Shown here: positions 1 through 14,899 of the stretch, in pieces
Position numbering within the stretch: position 1 is the stretch's first letter
Layout of the letters: the number at the start of each line of letters is the position of its first letter
Source: Octopus vulgaris
Lineage: Eukaryota
Length of the DNA: 64,000 nt
Reading direction: 5' to 3'
NCBI GenBank assembly: GCA_951406725.2
Contig: OX597821.1
Location: 32,116,001 to 32,180,000 of the forward strand
Made by a program: the position numbers and the translations under genes
Notes under the pieces: model-generated
What the model was told of the DNA's origin: nothing
Database searches by the model: none
The model's input: only the letters and a program-made list of their open reading frames with translations

Positions 1-67
1 ACGAAATACTACTAGGTGAAATTTGTTGATTATATTAAATTAATTATATTTCACCTTATATCTGTAA

Positions 68-109
<42 letters not shown>

Positions 110-186
110 TGTGCACATGTACAAATGCGGTTGTCTGTATCATACATATTTCAGTATTAGTACTGCTTTACACATTGATGTATATA

Positions 187-550
187 GGAGCACTCTGTCG
201 GTTGCGACGATGAGGGTCCCAGCTGATACGATCAACGGAACAGCTTGCTCGTGATATTAACGTGCAAGTGGCTGAGCACTCCACAGACACGTGTACCCTT
301 AACGTAGTTCTCGAGGAGATTCAGCGTGACACACAGAATGTGACAAGGCTGGCCCTTTGAAATACAGGTACAAGAGAAACAGGAAGAAAGAGCGAGAGAA
401 AGTTGTGGTGAAAGAGTACAGCAGGGTTCACCACCACCCCCTGCCGGAGCCTCGTGGAGCTTTAGGTGTTTTCGCTCAATAAACACTCACAATGCCCGGT
501 TTGGGAATCGAAACCGCGATCCTCCGACCACTGGGCCATTGCGCCTCCAC
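187..550 (-). mobile_element. tRNA-headed SINE family A, tail type 1 (head has an internal deletion)
   Basis: Head GTGGAGGCGCAATGGCCCAGTGG (A box) ... GGTTTCGATTCC (B box). Near-identical to 38623-39004. Confidence 0.85.
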
Positions 551-858
551 ACATTGATGTAAACAGACTAACGATGTGTAATGACATACGGAGTATGACA
601 CTAATGTTTACAAGAAAATCAACAACAAATTACTTGTGTTTGATACGGATTACATTCATGATAATTTGAATTATTTATCCACTATCTATATATTGAAGAT
701 TTCTATGGTATCAAGTGCTGACATTTTCTTCAATGACGTCTAACATTGCTGTTGCTTTCTATTTTTTATTTGCTTTTGGTGGTCATGGTAACGATGAGGT
801 TACTGATGATATCTGTTATAACAGTGAGAAATATTCTTGTCATAATAATAATGATAGC

Positions 859-901
<43 letters not shown>

Positions 902-919
902 TTAATAATAATAATTATT

Positions 920-1324
920 GGATCTTTTCGGTTTGAATGTCAGTTTTTAACATAATTTCTAGGTAACTAAAAAAATTTAAACTTCGTATACTGGTAGAAT
1001 GTGTTTATAAAACATCTTTTTCTCTTGGTTTTATTGAGAAAATTCTATAGTTTGTAAGATATTTGTTGCTTTTTTTCTGAAATTTCAACCAATGACTGGC
1101 ATCTATTGAGGTAAAAACATTCTGTGCCGTTTGAATATGTCCCTCGTTTAAGAAACAGATTGGGTTTATTTACAATTGTGAAGAAAAAAAGATACCCTTC
1201 CCCCACCCATAACTCTAACCCTAAAACAGATTGGAATGCAATAGATCGATACTAGGGTCATACTTATGGGTGACAATTCCATACGACACCGCTAGAAAAA
1301 CTGCCGTTCAAACCGAAAAGATCC
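920..1324. mobile_element. MITE-like element with 29-bp TIRs
   Basis: GGATCTTTTCGGTTTGAATGTCAGTTTTT ... AAAAACTGCCGTTCAAACCGAAAAGATCC (2 mismatches). TAATTATT lies on both flanks, but this is ambiguous inside a microsatellite. Internal CTAACCCTAA. Confidence 0.85.
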
Positions 1325-1326
1325 TA

Positions 1327-1386
<60 letters not shown>

Positions 1387-1666
1387 ATTATTGCCAGAGC
1401 AGGCGGTGTGTTTTTGGAGCGCTGTAATTTTTATGTTAAATTCATTTGTTTTAAAAGGTTCAAAACTGTATTTTATTGGCTAAAGCGTTTTTCAAGCCAG
1501 CTGCCCTTTGGTGGGGTGGCTGAAGTTTGTTAAGTGAAATGCCATTTTGGGGAGATAGAAACCTTTTTTTATTTTCAAATTTCTTGCAAAATTTGCTTCG
1601 AAGAAAGTAAACAGTGAAGATAGCGACGAAAAGCGGGAGTGAGGAAGGAAGGTAGAACAGCAATAC

Positions 1667-2330
1667 TCACGAGGACTTCTCTGTCCTTCCCTCTATGATT
1701 GTTTCTCTCTTTCTTCGTTCTTTTGCATTTCTTTCATCACTTGGATGCGTGGAGGAGTCCGTGTCTTGTATGTTGTCCTCTCGATTTGATTGTTGTGGTT
1801 CTCTTGTATTGGTAGTAGTAGTTGTTGTTGCTGCTGCTACTGTAGCTTCCGCATCTGCTGCTCGTACTACTCCCACTGCCACCTTTTCTGTAACACCTGC
1901 CTGTTTTGTCTCCGAGGGGCCATTTCTGTTTCTATTCCTTTGCCTTCCTGTTGTTGAAGTTCTTGTAGTTTTTCACGACACACGGGTTGCAGTAGCGGAA
2001 CTTTGTGCTAGTGAGGACTGCCAATGATAAGCTCATGGCCCTCATAGCACAAAATGCACATTGAAACAGAGGAGGTAATCTGCATCCCCAACACGTTTAG
2101 CGTACCGGAGAGCCGCATGATGATACGAATGACATTAGAGACTTATACGAACATTAGACATTAGATGTATGACATTACATCGCCCACTGTTACGGCAAGC
2201 AAACAGCTGTTAATAGCGTTCCCAGAATAACCCAACAAAACAGATTGGGTGGGAGAGGCACTCAACTACAAGCACTACCAGGAAGTTAGGTGACATCCCT
2301 TTTTCCTTTCCTTACTTCCTGTCCAGCATG
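1667..2330 (-). pseudogene. Probable decayed Tx1 ORF1 segment, inverted relative to the adjacent ORF2 piece
   Basis: Thr/charged low-complexity linker preceded by a degenerate knuckle-like stretch (GTLNVLG..CILCYEGH). The similarity is weak and judged by eye. Confidence 0.4.
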
Positions 2331-2344
2331 GCGCTTTTTAAAGT

Positions 2345-3100
2345 AGGAACTGTACTTGGAAGTTGTCCTCAGTGTAGCTGGTTTTGTTTACGTTTTCAGA
2401 AGCTGGCCTGACAACGCCACTTGGGTGCGCTGCCAGTTGTGCGATAAGCTCTACAGGCACGGGTGTGCAGTGAGTCGGGTTTTTCCGAGATTCACGTGGA
2501 GCGATGAAACCGTTCTGCGTGATCTCGCACAGTGCCTGCACATTGCTGAATTCTGGAACTTTGTCACAAGTAGGACGGATCCTGCTATCCTCTGAATTTC
2601 TTTGTGAAGATTGCCTCGCCACTTTTCTTTGGCAGGCAGGGTGGGCACTGTTTCTCTGTCTGGTAGCTATTGCAAAAGAGTTTGGTGGTGGACGCGATTG
2701 AAAGAGTCAAAGACAGGTTCCTTCCTCTTTGGATAGGGCCTCATTAAATTTTTCAGTTTCCACCTGAAAAGGAAAGTTAAGCTGGCGAGGGAGAAATTGT
2801 CACCCAATACGTTCGTTGAAAGGTGGATGAATGTGGCAGGGATGGCCCTAGTTAATGGGCTCCTCTAAGTGTGCGCCTGTAGGGCAGAAGGAAAGGAGAA
2901 GAAAGGATACCTTCCGGGGGAGTCTTTGGTGTTAAGGGTTCCAAAGTGCATGAGGTCTCTTTAATCACCTTCAAGTGGAACTCCCCCCTGTAGGGAAAGC
3001 ATATTGTTAATTTAATCTGTTTGTTAATCGTTGTGTTTGTTGGATGTTATCACGTTGAACCTCACTGTCCCTCTTCTATGTATCGTCCACTATGTTCCAT
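2345..3100 (+). mobile_element. Decayed Tx1 ORF2 C-terminus + 3'UTR
   Basis: CDKLYRHG..SDETVLRDLAQC, LVAIAKE..WWTRLK and FHLKRKVKL..FVERWMNVA align with the C-terminus of the 42885-44381 ORF. TGTCCCTCTTCTATGT at ~3066 resembles the family 3' tail. Confidence 0.85.
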
Positions 3101-4244
3101 AATATACGATTTGTACTCGAACCAAAATTCCATACATTAATCCATTCTGTTATTTCAGAATCGAATTGCTATGCTCCAGAAGGACAAAAGGAAATGCCGA
3201 AATCATGATTTCAACTACTGTGTTGAGTAGAGGTTCCGGAGAAATTGATCCACTGATAAAAGTTTCGGAGGTGCCAAATGTTCGTGAAACAAAATGCATT
3301 ACAATTGTTCCTTTATGTACAACATTAATTACAAAGGACGTTTTCGTTTCTTGATTGGTAAATTATAACGAAGTCTTTACATTAAAAGTGTAGTTGCAAT
3401 GGAAGGTAAACGGTTCTAATTTAATAATATTGTTTGAAATATCTTAGGAAAACAAGAATGAAATTGATTTTCCTTATTGAAGAAAACGTTCTTTAAATTT
3501 ATAAGCTGTTGTTGTACAGTGTAATGATCAGAGGACAGCAACAGTTTTGAATGGAAATGGATGGAAAAGCCGAAATAAGTTAGAAAGTAATCAATGTCTC
3601 TATTTCTCACAGAGTTATTACAAAGTCATTTCTTCATTCCTTCAATGTATTTTTCATTAAGAAAGATCAACATCGTGATTTGAATATTAACGTGAAGAAT
3701 AATTTCAAGTTGAATGAATCCGCTAATTAATTTTAGTTTTGAGTTCGTTCATTAATTTTCCGATCGTATGTTTGTTTTTAGTTTCGTGTTGTTTACGCCC
3801 TAATGTAACTTAATAACCCTGATATAAAATAGCCTGAAAACATAAATGGAATTAGTAAGGTTGAAATACGGAGACAAATTATAAACAGTAAATACAAAAC
3901 TGATGTATGATTATATTATCCAACTAGGCATTTTTCCGGGATGCTATGTGTATGTACAAATATGTGCATGGATGTGGGTTTGTGTGTCAGAGTATCAGTG
4001 TGCGTAGATATTTATGTGTGTCTGTGTGTGCGTGTAAGTGATATGTTAGTATGCGTATGTACTTACATAAATATTATAAAAGTGTTTTTTACACTTTAGA
4101 ATAATTGAAGTTCAATTATTCAAATATCAACCAAAAAAGGATATAGGCAAAGTTGATCTCAGCGGAATATGACCTCAATTAGAATATGTATATATTTGAC
4201 AATGACGAGACTGTCAGTAATAAGGACTTTTCGTGAGACAGCAA

Positions 4245-4450
4245 GCCAGTAGAATCGTTAGTACCCCAAGCAAAATGCTTAGCGACATTTCGTCCGTCTT
4301 TAAGTTTTGAGTTCAAATTACACCTACGTCGGCATTGCCTTTCAACGTTTTGGAATCGATACAATAAGTCCCAGTTGAACACTGGAGACGATGTAAATGA
4401 CATACCATCTCCACTAGCTTACTGACCTTATGCCAACAGTTGAAACCAAT
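4245..4450 (+). mobile_element. Old SINE B copy (similar copies at ~8655-8890, 20440-20618, 31056-31262 and 28035-28140 on minus)
   Basis: AGAATCGTTAG..AAAATGCTTAGCGACATTTCGTCCG..GAGTTCAAATT..GCCTTTCA..GATACAATAAGTCCCAG..TTGAAACCAAT. Confidence 0.65.
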
Positions 4451-6211
4451 ACTTACTTTTCTTGTTTGTTTTGAAGCGTTTTATTTTCATTATACAGCAT
4501 AGATTCACGTAAGATATCACCACCATTTTGAAATGCAATAATTTTATGAGATGAAATTTTAAGTTATTTCCTCTACAAAATTTTGTAATTCTTTATAGAA
4601 CTGACATATGAATCACACTCGCCCTTTGACAGAGTCCCTATCCGTTAGACGACTGGGGATTTACATATTTCATATGCAGAAATGAATGCAAAAGTTATAT
4701 AATATAAAATGCTAATGAAATATCTATTTTGATGTCATAATTGACAAACGGGAAAATATGTAATTATTTTTGATTTTTTTTTCGGAATTAAAAAAAAGAG
4801 AGATAGAATGATTACGACAGACTGATGCAAACGTGAGTCATGTTTGTCCCCATAAAACTAGATTTCAATATCGAGCAAGGCCTACAAAACCATCAAGCAC
4901 TTCATCTAATTCATTTACAAACACGTACATATGTTTCTATATTTCTACTCTGTACTTATCTGTACACTGAGCCATCATTCAGTGACCTTAGAAGGACAAG
5001 AGTTAAACAAAATACTGAGGTCAAATTGTTTGACTAAACCTTCTAGGTTCGGTAACAGAAGGGCCACTGCACAATAGCTAAAACATAATATATATATATT
5101 TTTTTTCTCTAGTTTCAGCTCAGAGCTGCGGTCATGCTGATGCACCACCGTAACGGTAAGATAACAAAAGAAAGAAAGAAAAAGACATCAATATTACGTA
5201 AATAGAGGAAATTTAGAAGAATTTAACATGGACGCCTATTGCATAGATTATTCTATGAAAAACATACCAATATATATATATATATACATATGCATGTGTG
5301 TATGTGTGTGCTTGTATATGAGCGTTTATCCATTTCATATTACATAAATATTTTTGCACGCATAATCATATATTTTCTTGTCTTTGGTTTGCACCGTATT
5401 AACATTTATATAAACAACGAAAGCAGAACGTGTACTGTGGGTTTAAATCAATGTTCTCCCTAAAATGCACAAAAATAACACAATTTTCGCAAAAATATAA
5501 AACACGGAACGCATACAATTTAAAATTCGGTTTGTATCACTATTAACACAGAAAGAACAGCGAAGAGAATATTGGTAAAGTAGGCATTTTTGTAAACTCA
5601 TTCGTGAAATACCTTGTCTTTTAGACAATGCATTATCAAGAGTAATTCATTGAGTCTCTAAAGTTTCAAATAATAATCTACTGACAAATCTTTAAATTGC
5701 CTCCAGTTCGTTGATATCTATCTCCAATTTCGATGCTGTCGTTGACCTTTCTTTCTGCCAATATGTGTAATTAACTTAAATCAGTAAGAATCATCAATGT
5801 GTGCCAATACGATTTCCTGCTTTGCTGCTTTGCTATTTCCATCCTATTTTCTTTTACTCTTAGCTATTTTCTTCTGTATTCTTCTTCTCAACCACTATGC
5901 TTTTTCAGAAATTGAAGAATATTAAACATTCAAGGTTTAGTAGTGATTGTCATATGATATGAGATAATAAAAACCAGGTATTTACGACTAGTAATTAATG
6001 CTTAAGAGAACCTAGGTGATATTTTGCAACGATAAAAATCAAATTGGTGTCGCTGTCACAATAGTCAAATTCAATGTGGAAGATTAGGTGTTATTATTCA
6101 AAACATTTTATATAGGAAATGCTCAGACTGTTAATTTTATATAAATGTGCGTACGTATGTTTCTACACATATAGATAGGTAGATACACACCTATGTATTT
6201 TTGTATGGAAG

Positions 6212-6243
<32 letters not shown>

Positions 6244-6379
6244 ATGCAGAAATATTCACTTGTACAAAAAGATACATACCCACAGAGAAAATACCCATCT
6301 TTGCAACATAAGTTGCGTGCAAATTCTCACTACTCAGATTTGTTCAATACCTTCCAAATTTTACCCATTTAACTCATTC

Positions 6380-7730
6380 CAGGAAGTTCTTTTTCTCATA
6401 CACCAAGTTCAGAATTCGCAGTAAGTGCTACAAACAAGAAGGGCACTAGCATTGTCAATGTCTCATCCACTATAATTAAGTATTGCTCTAGCTCTAGAAA
6501 CTTGTAAAATTTTCATCCGTAGCGGACAGACAAACAAATCAATTCTGCCCGCCGTCTACAGGCTCCTCTTAAAACTATAAAAACTGCTCGCCGCCTACAG
6601 GCTCCACCTCTCTCACAAATCCAGTGTCTTCCTATCAGATCACACTATCAGGGATCTTTTGACGGTAGTTCTTACTGTCTCATTCCCAATCGTTTCTGGT
6701 GCTCTCCAGATTTCATCTGCTTCTCTCTTCTTTCTACGTAGCAATGTTCTACTTGTCATTTTCTGCCACATCCAGCAAGAAACAGTCTAACGCCCACGAT
6801 CCAGCACTTCCAAGAACTATGCACAACCCATGTGAAAAGAAGTCACTTCACACCAAACATGCGTTGGTTCTATTAAGAGATACTTTGAGATCGCCCTTTA
6901 TTGAGGATATACCAGACTTGTCCTTTTTAACCGCAAAATCTTAAGCACTTCTGCTCGCTTCTGCCACCGATATATTGTAAATCAAGTGACCACCGGTCAC
7001 TGATTTGCGACAAGCAAAATAGTTATAAAATCTCAAAGAGAGACAGAGTAGTAACCTATCCTAAACAGTAAAGCGAGTAGCCACATCAAAGTGGTAGTTG
7101 AATGTTACTACTAGTTTAACCACAGGCGGATTCCCTGCCAGCTAGTTTTCGTTACAAGCTCTGCACCTTTTGTATACAATACATCGCTAGCAGGGGGAGC
7201 GAACACCTACAACCCTCCAGTAACTAACAGGATCGCGGGATTGGCCCAGTTTTGAGCTATTTAGCTCACATCAACCGCGCACAACTGCGTGTGTTGTAAT
7301 AGCTAAGATCCGCTTCTGCCAGCGATATATTGTAAACAAAGTGAGCACCGGTCACTGATTTGCAACAACCAAAATAGCTAGTTATATAATCTCAAGAATA
7401 GATAGAGTAGTAACGTATACAAAACAGAAAAATGAGTAGCCACATCAAAGTGGCAGTTGCATATTACAGGCGGTGTTTTCAAGAAATTATTACTATCATA
7501 CACCCCATTAACCTCAGACACACCCCTAATAATGGATGAAAATCATCCTTACAAACACTAGGACAGCATCACAAATACGAGCCATTAAATTCAGGACCAG
7601 AAAATATTCCAAGCCCAACAGTTGCTGACACTCTACGATGATAAATTGAGGCTTACAATGGAGTAGTGCTGTAACAGCTGAGATATTGCTGCTGCCAGCA
7701 AATTGAAACGAATTTAGAGAAGGGCCAATC
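6380..7730 (+). mobile_element. Decayed Penelope-like element with tandem pseudo-LTR-like repeat
   Basis: Degenerate GQTN motif at ~6525, a ~155-bp direct repeat (6956-7108 and 7311-7468), and hammerhead-like relics at ~7235-7280 and 7631-7719. Confidence 0.45.
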
Positions 7731-10086
7731 GACTAACTAAAATTCAATTACTAATGGATACGCCCCCGCCTGAATTCTCACAGGTATCTCATTTGCCGTT
7801 ATTTCTGTTGTTGCTAAAATATATTTCCTTCCTCTGATATGGCTGACCTTATTGAACCATCGATTTTGCTCCATCTCACAAGCTTTTCTGATTGTCGTCA
7901 CTTTTAGCGCGTCCAGCCCTCGAAGCTCCACGCTAACAATTTTCCCCCAGAACTTCGAACTTCTAGAATCTTCTCCACATTAATGTGTTTCCAAGTAAAT
8001 GACATATAAGTGTAAGCAGTCATTTGATACGTAAAAATGTATAGTGTTTGGTGTGATCTTCCTGTTTAAATCAGCGAAGCTGATATCTCCGGGCAATTCT
8101 CCCTGTAATCCTAAATTTATTACAATTATCAAACTGGTATCAGGCTTCACTCTGTCGAAACCTTACATGAGGAAGAGATATTAAGACTTGCTAAGCTGTA
8201 TTCAAGACAATTGTGGCGCACCAGTTACGATTTGGCGTTTGTAATGTAGATGATATCTCTTTTAATTCGTGGATGCCACTGAAAATAACGCCAACTTTAA
8301 TCCTTTTAGGAACGGTTGAATACAATCCCTAATAATTTATTATTCGCCATATAATCGTTTCCCAAATGCAACTGACGTATGCAGTTTTGTCTCTATTACA
8401 CATTAGGACATTTAAATAACGTTAATATAAAAACTATGATTACTCCTTTAGGGATTTAGTCAATGCGCTTGAGTTGAAATAATTACATAAATCATATAAC
8501 AGCATTTTAAAATATATACGATGGTGTATTGTCTTCAACCATTTCGTAACTTAGCTGTAGGCATGACGTCATGCGCTAAAGCCTCCTAGTATACCATACA
8601 ATCTACAGAAGCAATGCTTTACTGTATATAATTATGGTTATTTTCTTTTTGAGTGCAAATTCTACCGAGGTCAACTTTGTCGTATTTGATACAATGAGAT
8701 AAAATTTCAGTCCAGTATTTTTTATATAGTCGGATGTTCCGTCCGCCACATTTCCTGGCTTTGTCCCTATGCATGAGAAGAATTAACCTTTGGGGATCAA
8801 GAAAATTTATAGTAAACCACTAGGAGGCTGTAATCGACTAGCCATCTTCACCTAAATTTGCTGGTCTTCTGTCAAAAGTTGAAACGTTATTATTATCATC
8901 AGTTTTGTAAACTTCGTTGTCGTAGATTAACTATTACATAAATATTTAATGAAGAGTGTACGAGAACATTAATATAAAATATGCACTCTCAAAAAATTGT
9001 ATGGTATAACTGTCTTGTTTGTATATTACATTGTTTGATACAAGGTAGAATATATTCTATGAAGCCACATTTAAATGTTCAAAATGCATCTCTTATTCAT
9101 TCTTTTCATTTGTGGCTGTCTTTGGCTTTGTTATTTATTCGCTATGCCTTCTCGAGAGAAGAATATTTATATAACTTAGAGACCATATTTGGACGAATGT
9201 TATTACAATGTCACCTAAATATTTCATTTTCCTTATATCAAACAGTATTTTCATCTTCCAAAACAACTGATTGCCTTTCTTTTATGTTACTATCTAGTTA
9301 AATATGACATGTTTATAAGAAAACAAAGCATATTTAAATAATATCCGTCCAACACTAAGAAAAACTATATGAATATTTCAATAAATATACAACGATCCTA
9401 CTTAACTACTGTCGGTTTCAAGTTGACTCTACGTTGAAATGGTATTTAAATAGTAATAACTACTGGCGAACGAACGAATATAATTATTCAAACGCTTCTA
9501 ACTCTGGGAAGTTAGACAGACACATGTGGAGACAAAAATGGCACTAATTTTAGTCAGAAACACAAACGGACTGGTGGATTTAACATTCATGTATACATAG
9601 GACGTCTTGCTCACTCTCTGATTTTATCGAAAGCTTTCCTTTGATTGTTACCCTTGTGACGCATAGAACTTAGTCGTTTTATTCAAAGCTCACTCATAGA
9701 ATTTAAACTCAAGATGCCTTTTCTCTTCCATTACATCCCTGTCTTTAAAACACATATATACTCACATCTAAGCGTTCACATACTGACACATATATATACG
9801 GTGGGGTGTCAATTCGTCGATATATATATATCTACTTATCTATCTACTATCTGTCTATGGATTCATTTCTATATCATTGATTCGCTTCCATTCCCTTGCC
9901 ATCGCTCTCAATCACACTGTGATAATCTTTCTATTTTCGTTCCTCACTAACAATCGCGCATTCCGTGTAACCATCTGTTTCTTTTTCAACTAATTCCGTT
10001 GTTCCATTTCCAGTGACTTCTCCTCTTTTCTATCTGCCAACTTTCCCATGTACCTCTTATTCGCTCCCTTTCTCACACACACACAC

Positions 10087-10163
<77 letters not shown>

Positions 10164-10806
10164 TCCTATTTATGTATGTGGATTTGCATGTGTATGGAGA
10201 CAGAAACAGGTTAGCTTTCTATTTCGTTATCCCCACAAACCATTCACTCTCCAAAAACTCTCCATATGTCAATTTGTCATTCATTTTTCCTCTATTTACC
10301 TTCTGCCCACTCCTCCTCTCAATTTACTCTCTCTCTCTCTCTTCCTTTCTCTCTCTTTCTCTCTCTGTCTTTCTTCCTGCTTCTCCCTAAGCACTATTTC
10401 TTCTTCTCACAATTTCTCTAGTTTTATCCAATAACCCTTACGGCCTTTCTATTTTCCTGTTTCTATAATTCATACATTCCCTGTCAACCATCACATTCCC
10501 TGTACTTTAGCATTCATTCGATGCATCTATCTCCCGCAATTCCGCTCTAAAATTATCTTTTCTGTTTTAATCTTCCGTTCAATATTCCCTTTTTCTCCAT
10601 TTTCTTATTTCTTTAGCTCGTCAACTGAGGTCATTCGCTACGTCTGCCATATTATAACCTAACTTGTCATTTTAATTCTCTAATATTCACAACGTTGGCC
10701 GTTATGTCATTTTGATTTCCTTCCAAGTCAACTAAGAAACAGGCTACATTTTATTCTAAACTCATGCCGCTCTCTTTCTCTCTCTTTCTCTCTTTCTTTA
10801 TTGCTC

Positions 10807-10848
<42 letters not shown>

Positions 10849-12959
10849 ACTATATATATATGTATATATATACGCTTGTGTGGGGTGGTGTGAGAATTTG
10901 TGCCAATGAACATATTTTGTTAACTACATTTCAAAATTTGTTTTAATATCTCCATTTCTCTCTCTCTCTCTTTCGGTCTCTCTATCTCTCTTTCTCTCTT
11001 TCTCTCTGTCTCTCTCTCACTTTCTCTTGCCACATATCTCCGTAAGTGTGTCTCATTAAATATCACTGTCAAACTAACTCCTCTTCTCTACTTTCCAGTT
11101 CACTTCTTTCAGTTTGTCTCAGAGATCTCATCTGAAACTGAAATTTGTTCTAATATCGAATACAGCAAGCATTACATACCTCACTAAGAGTTGCATAAAA
11201 TATAAATCAAAGACGGCGATAATGACTGGTAGGTGAATGATGAAATATCGCCGGGAGAGTGTGGTTATGATGGCCGACCAAAAATTATCTTATTTATTTA
11301 TCACTTACACTGTGTATCACCAATTTATTCATGGAATATACTAAGATAATCTTTTACTCTAAACAGATTATTTTATATATCCAGATCTATAAAGGGACAA
11401 TTATATATTTCTATTATATTTTCTAAGGCATAAATGGGGTGTTTAGATGATAGATAACTTCAGAAAATGAAGTAATAAAGCCGTTGTATTTCATTGATAT
11501 ATTAGAGACAAATACGAAGAAAATAGACGACATTACACAATGGCCTTCAGTCTCAATAACGTTGGTAAAATCTACTCTGGCAATGTTTCAGAGATTCATT
11601 ATTTTTACAAAGGAAATAGATATGTTTTAGTATCGAGTCAGATACAAAGCATTATATCAGCGCTTGATCAATGTAAGATGTTAGAAATTGCTAGTTTTCT
11701 GCAAATTATACTATGCCATTTTAAAAATGAAAGGTTATACAAGATAATTTATTTCTGGAAATATTTTCTTAACCTAAGATCAGATATTTGGAATGATCTT
11801 ATTATAGGTTAGCTTAATCAACAATCACCTTGGTCTGAATGATATTTATAAGAGTGATAAAAATAGCAATAATGTCCAAAGGTTTCGAATAATTACTACA
11901 GAATATATTCAATTGTACATCTGTAATTATTCATAGATTTTGAATAATTACAGCGAAATATGTTCACATATAAATCTGCAATTCTCGATATTTATCAGTA
12001 CTGGACAAAAGCAAATAATTATAAGAAGGTGGAATGCAATAATGATTTACAAAAACAAAGCACAATTGCCCATATTTTTTAAAGGTTTATATATATATAC
12101 CGTTTATATATATCATCATACTTTTAATATTGAACCTGAAAGGATGAAAGGTTATACATAGGCGGTATTTGACAACGAGGCGTAAATATATATGGCCAAG
12201 TGATATAAAGTCTTTACTCGCATGATTTTGCTTCATTTCCTAATTATCGTGCTTATTTAATGCAAAAATGTCTCGTACAAAATGAAGGGAGGATAACTAT
12301 ATTTTACTGATCTGAGAAAAGTAGGGTTTTAATGAATACTATTTTAAGGAAATCGGTAATTGGAGTTGGTCTCAGATAAACCAACTTCACGGCAGGAGGT
12401 GCAGATGAGGGCAGCTACATCAAACTCTCTCATGCACCAAAAGCATTCGTGAAGTAAAATCATGTAGCTATACCGAATGGCGGTGCCCCAGCAAGGCCAC
12501 AGCTCGTGAGCTAAAACTAGGTAAAATGAAAATGAAAATGAAAATGAATTCGAACAGTATACTATAAAGAAAATAAGCATAGTCCCTGTAAAAAGAAAAT
12601 TGTTGGGCATATTAGCAATATAACTCAGACGTTTGACTCAATATTAGAAGACGCACATAACATTGACATAGAAATTATATTCCACAAGATACACTCCACG
12701 CAAAAGAAAATATGTTAATCGGCAATAACCACTGGAGAAGCGAGATATAGTGCGACTATTGAATTATTAAACTAGAAAAAACAGCAACATTTGGCGATGC
12801 TGCCATAAATAGTATGAGTGTGTAAACCTGGACACTACAGAATGTTTCAACTAATAGCACTATAATTATATTACTAACATGAGCAAATATACCAAAGCGA
12901 TACATATATGTATACATACACATGCATATTAAAATATATATACATGCATTTTAATAGCT

Positions 12960-13052
12960 AGCCTGATGGATAAATAGATAGATGATATATGGATGGATAG
13001 ATAGATAGATCGATACATAGATAGATAGATAGATAGATAGATAGATTGATAT

Positions 13053-13112
<60 letters not shown>

Positions 13113-13128
13113 ATAAATAAATAAATAA

Positions 13129-13187
<59 letters not shown>

Positions 13188-13202
13188 CAGATAGATAGAT
13201 AA

Positions 13203-13235
<33 letters not shown>

Positions 13236-13372
13236 CAGATAGATAGAGAGAGAGAGAGACAGATAGATAGATAGATGGATGGATGGATAGATAGATAGGT
13301 AGATCGATGCATAGATAGATAGATTGATAGATAGATAGATGGATGGATGGATAGATAGGTAGATCGATGCAC

Positions 13373-13444
<72 letters not shown>

Positions 13445-13445
13445 C
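12960..13445. repeat. Compound (GATA)n/(GA)n/(GGAT)n microsatellite
   Basis: Direct reading. Confidence 0.95.
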
Positions 13446-13748
13446 CACAGAGAGACAGACATATAGACAGATATTCGTTGCTTCATATAATCATATGCCA
13501 CTTGCACATTAATATACAATCATATATTAATATATAATACTCCTATGTTTTATTATGCTGGTGAACATATATACGTTCGCGTTTCAGCCCTTTAATTTAG
13601 GCATGCGTAGATTTACATACATAGTAGTGTATATAAGAATTTCAGCGAAAAATTATCATTTATCAATATATATATATGTCAATAAGCTAAATTATATAGC
13701 GATTTCTTCTCTGTAAGTCAAGTTTATGAACGGAACTGTATTGAAGAC

Positions 13749-13939
13749 ATAATTCCCATTCGCCTCTAATTTGTCGTCTATCATATTAAGATTGATATTG
13801 CAAGTGTTTAAACAGTGATACTGCTTAATTTCAATGCATTGCATTTTAAACACGAATTCTCTTCTGTTACGTTGATGAATGCCCGCTATGTTAATTGTAC
13901 AGCTATAACATACGGCTGTAGACACGAAGAAGGTTTTCT
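13749..13939 (+). repeat. 191-bp direct repeat, copy 1
   Basis: Identical by eye to 15458-15648. Confidence 0.92.
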
Positions 13940-14899
13940 GATTAAATATTATGAACTACACAATCACAGATAATAGCCATAATTCAAATACGATGAAGAG
14001 TTTAGAAAAGTTGACTACTAAACCTTCATCAGACTAATAACGGGAACTAGAGCGTCGAGAATAATAGCCACTCTGTAAGCTGGGAGCTTATTTTGTTTGT
14101 TTAACGGAAGATTTGATGTGTGCTTTGTCCCTCTTCCTTTCATGTGAATAATTTTCTATAGAATGTCTAAATTTTAGTGTCTCCTACATAATCCTTATAT
14201 AAATACGTATACATACTCTATTATGGGATATATACTCATATATATATATACAAACATACATGCACACAAATATATTTACATATATACATATATGCACACA
14301 AATATATTTACATATATACATATATATACATATATATATATGCAAATATTTGCATATATATGTATACACATACACACACTTTATATATATATAGATATAT
14401 ATTTCTATAGTGTACTATTCCGTGATGGTAAGCTCATCAAAAAAGAAGTCCGTCTTATTAGAGATAAATATTTAATAAAGACAGTATATGTTTTTATGTG
14501 CAACTATTAGATTCATATGCTGAGACAGATTGAAGCATACATCCATGGTCGAGTAGAGAGGTTCCTGGGTTTCGAGAGTTATAACTGAAAGTGAGTTCCT
14601 GGCATTGCTCTGTGTGTAATAATGCTTTTTACATTGGAGCAGCAGCTATATAATAATTCCACTGAGCGCCTGTTAAGTATTTTCCTGTAAATGGAATTTT
14701 CTGGAAAATGTTTGTGTAGCCGAACCAGGAGTCTTTTATCTATGGTAAATTTTACATTAATGGAAAAGTAGGAGTGGGACGAACCAAATTATTTTCCTAT
14801 GTCTAATTCTAGGCCTAACATTAGTATTCGTATTAATATTAAATTGGTTATATTAATATTAATTTGGTAATTTAACCTAAAAACCACAAGCGGCTAGGG

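Noticed and set aside
7737-8330. Possible RTE-like 3' relic on the minus strand (RWFNKVSHI)
   Set aside because: Too degenerate to support a call.
8981-9301. 106-aa ATG-initiated hydrophobic ORF
   Set aside because: No motif or homology is recognised, and such an ORF is expected by chance in AT-rich DNA.
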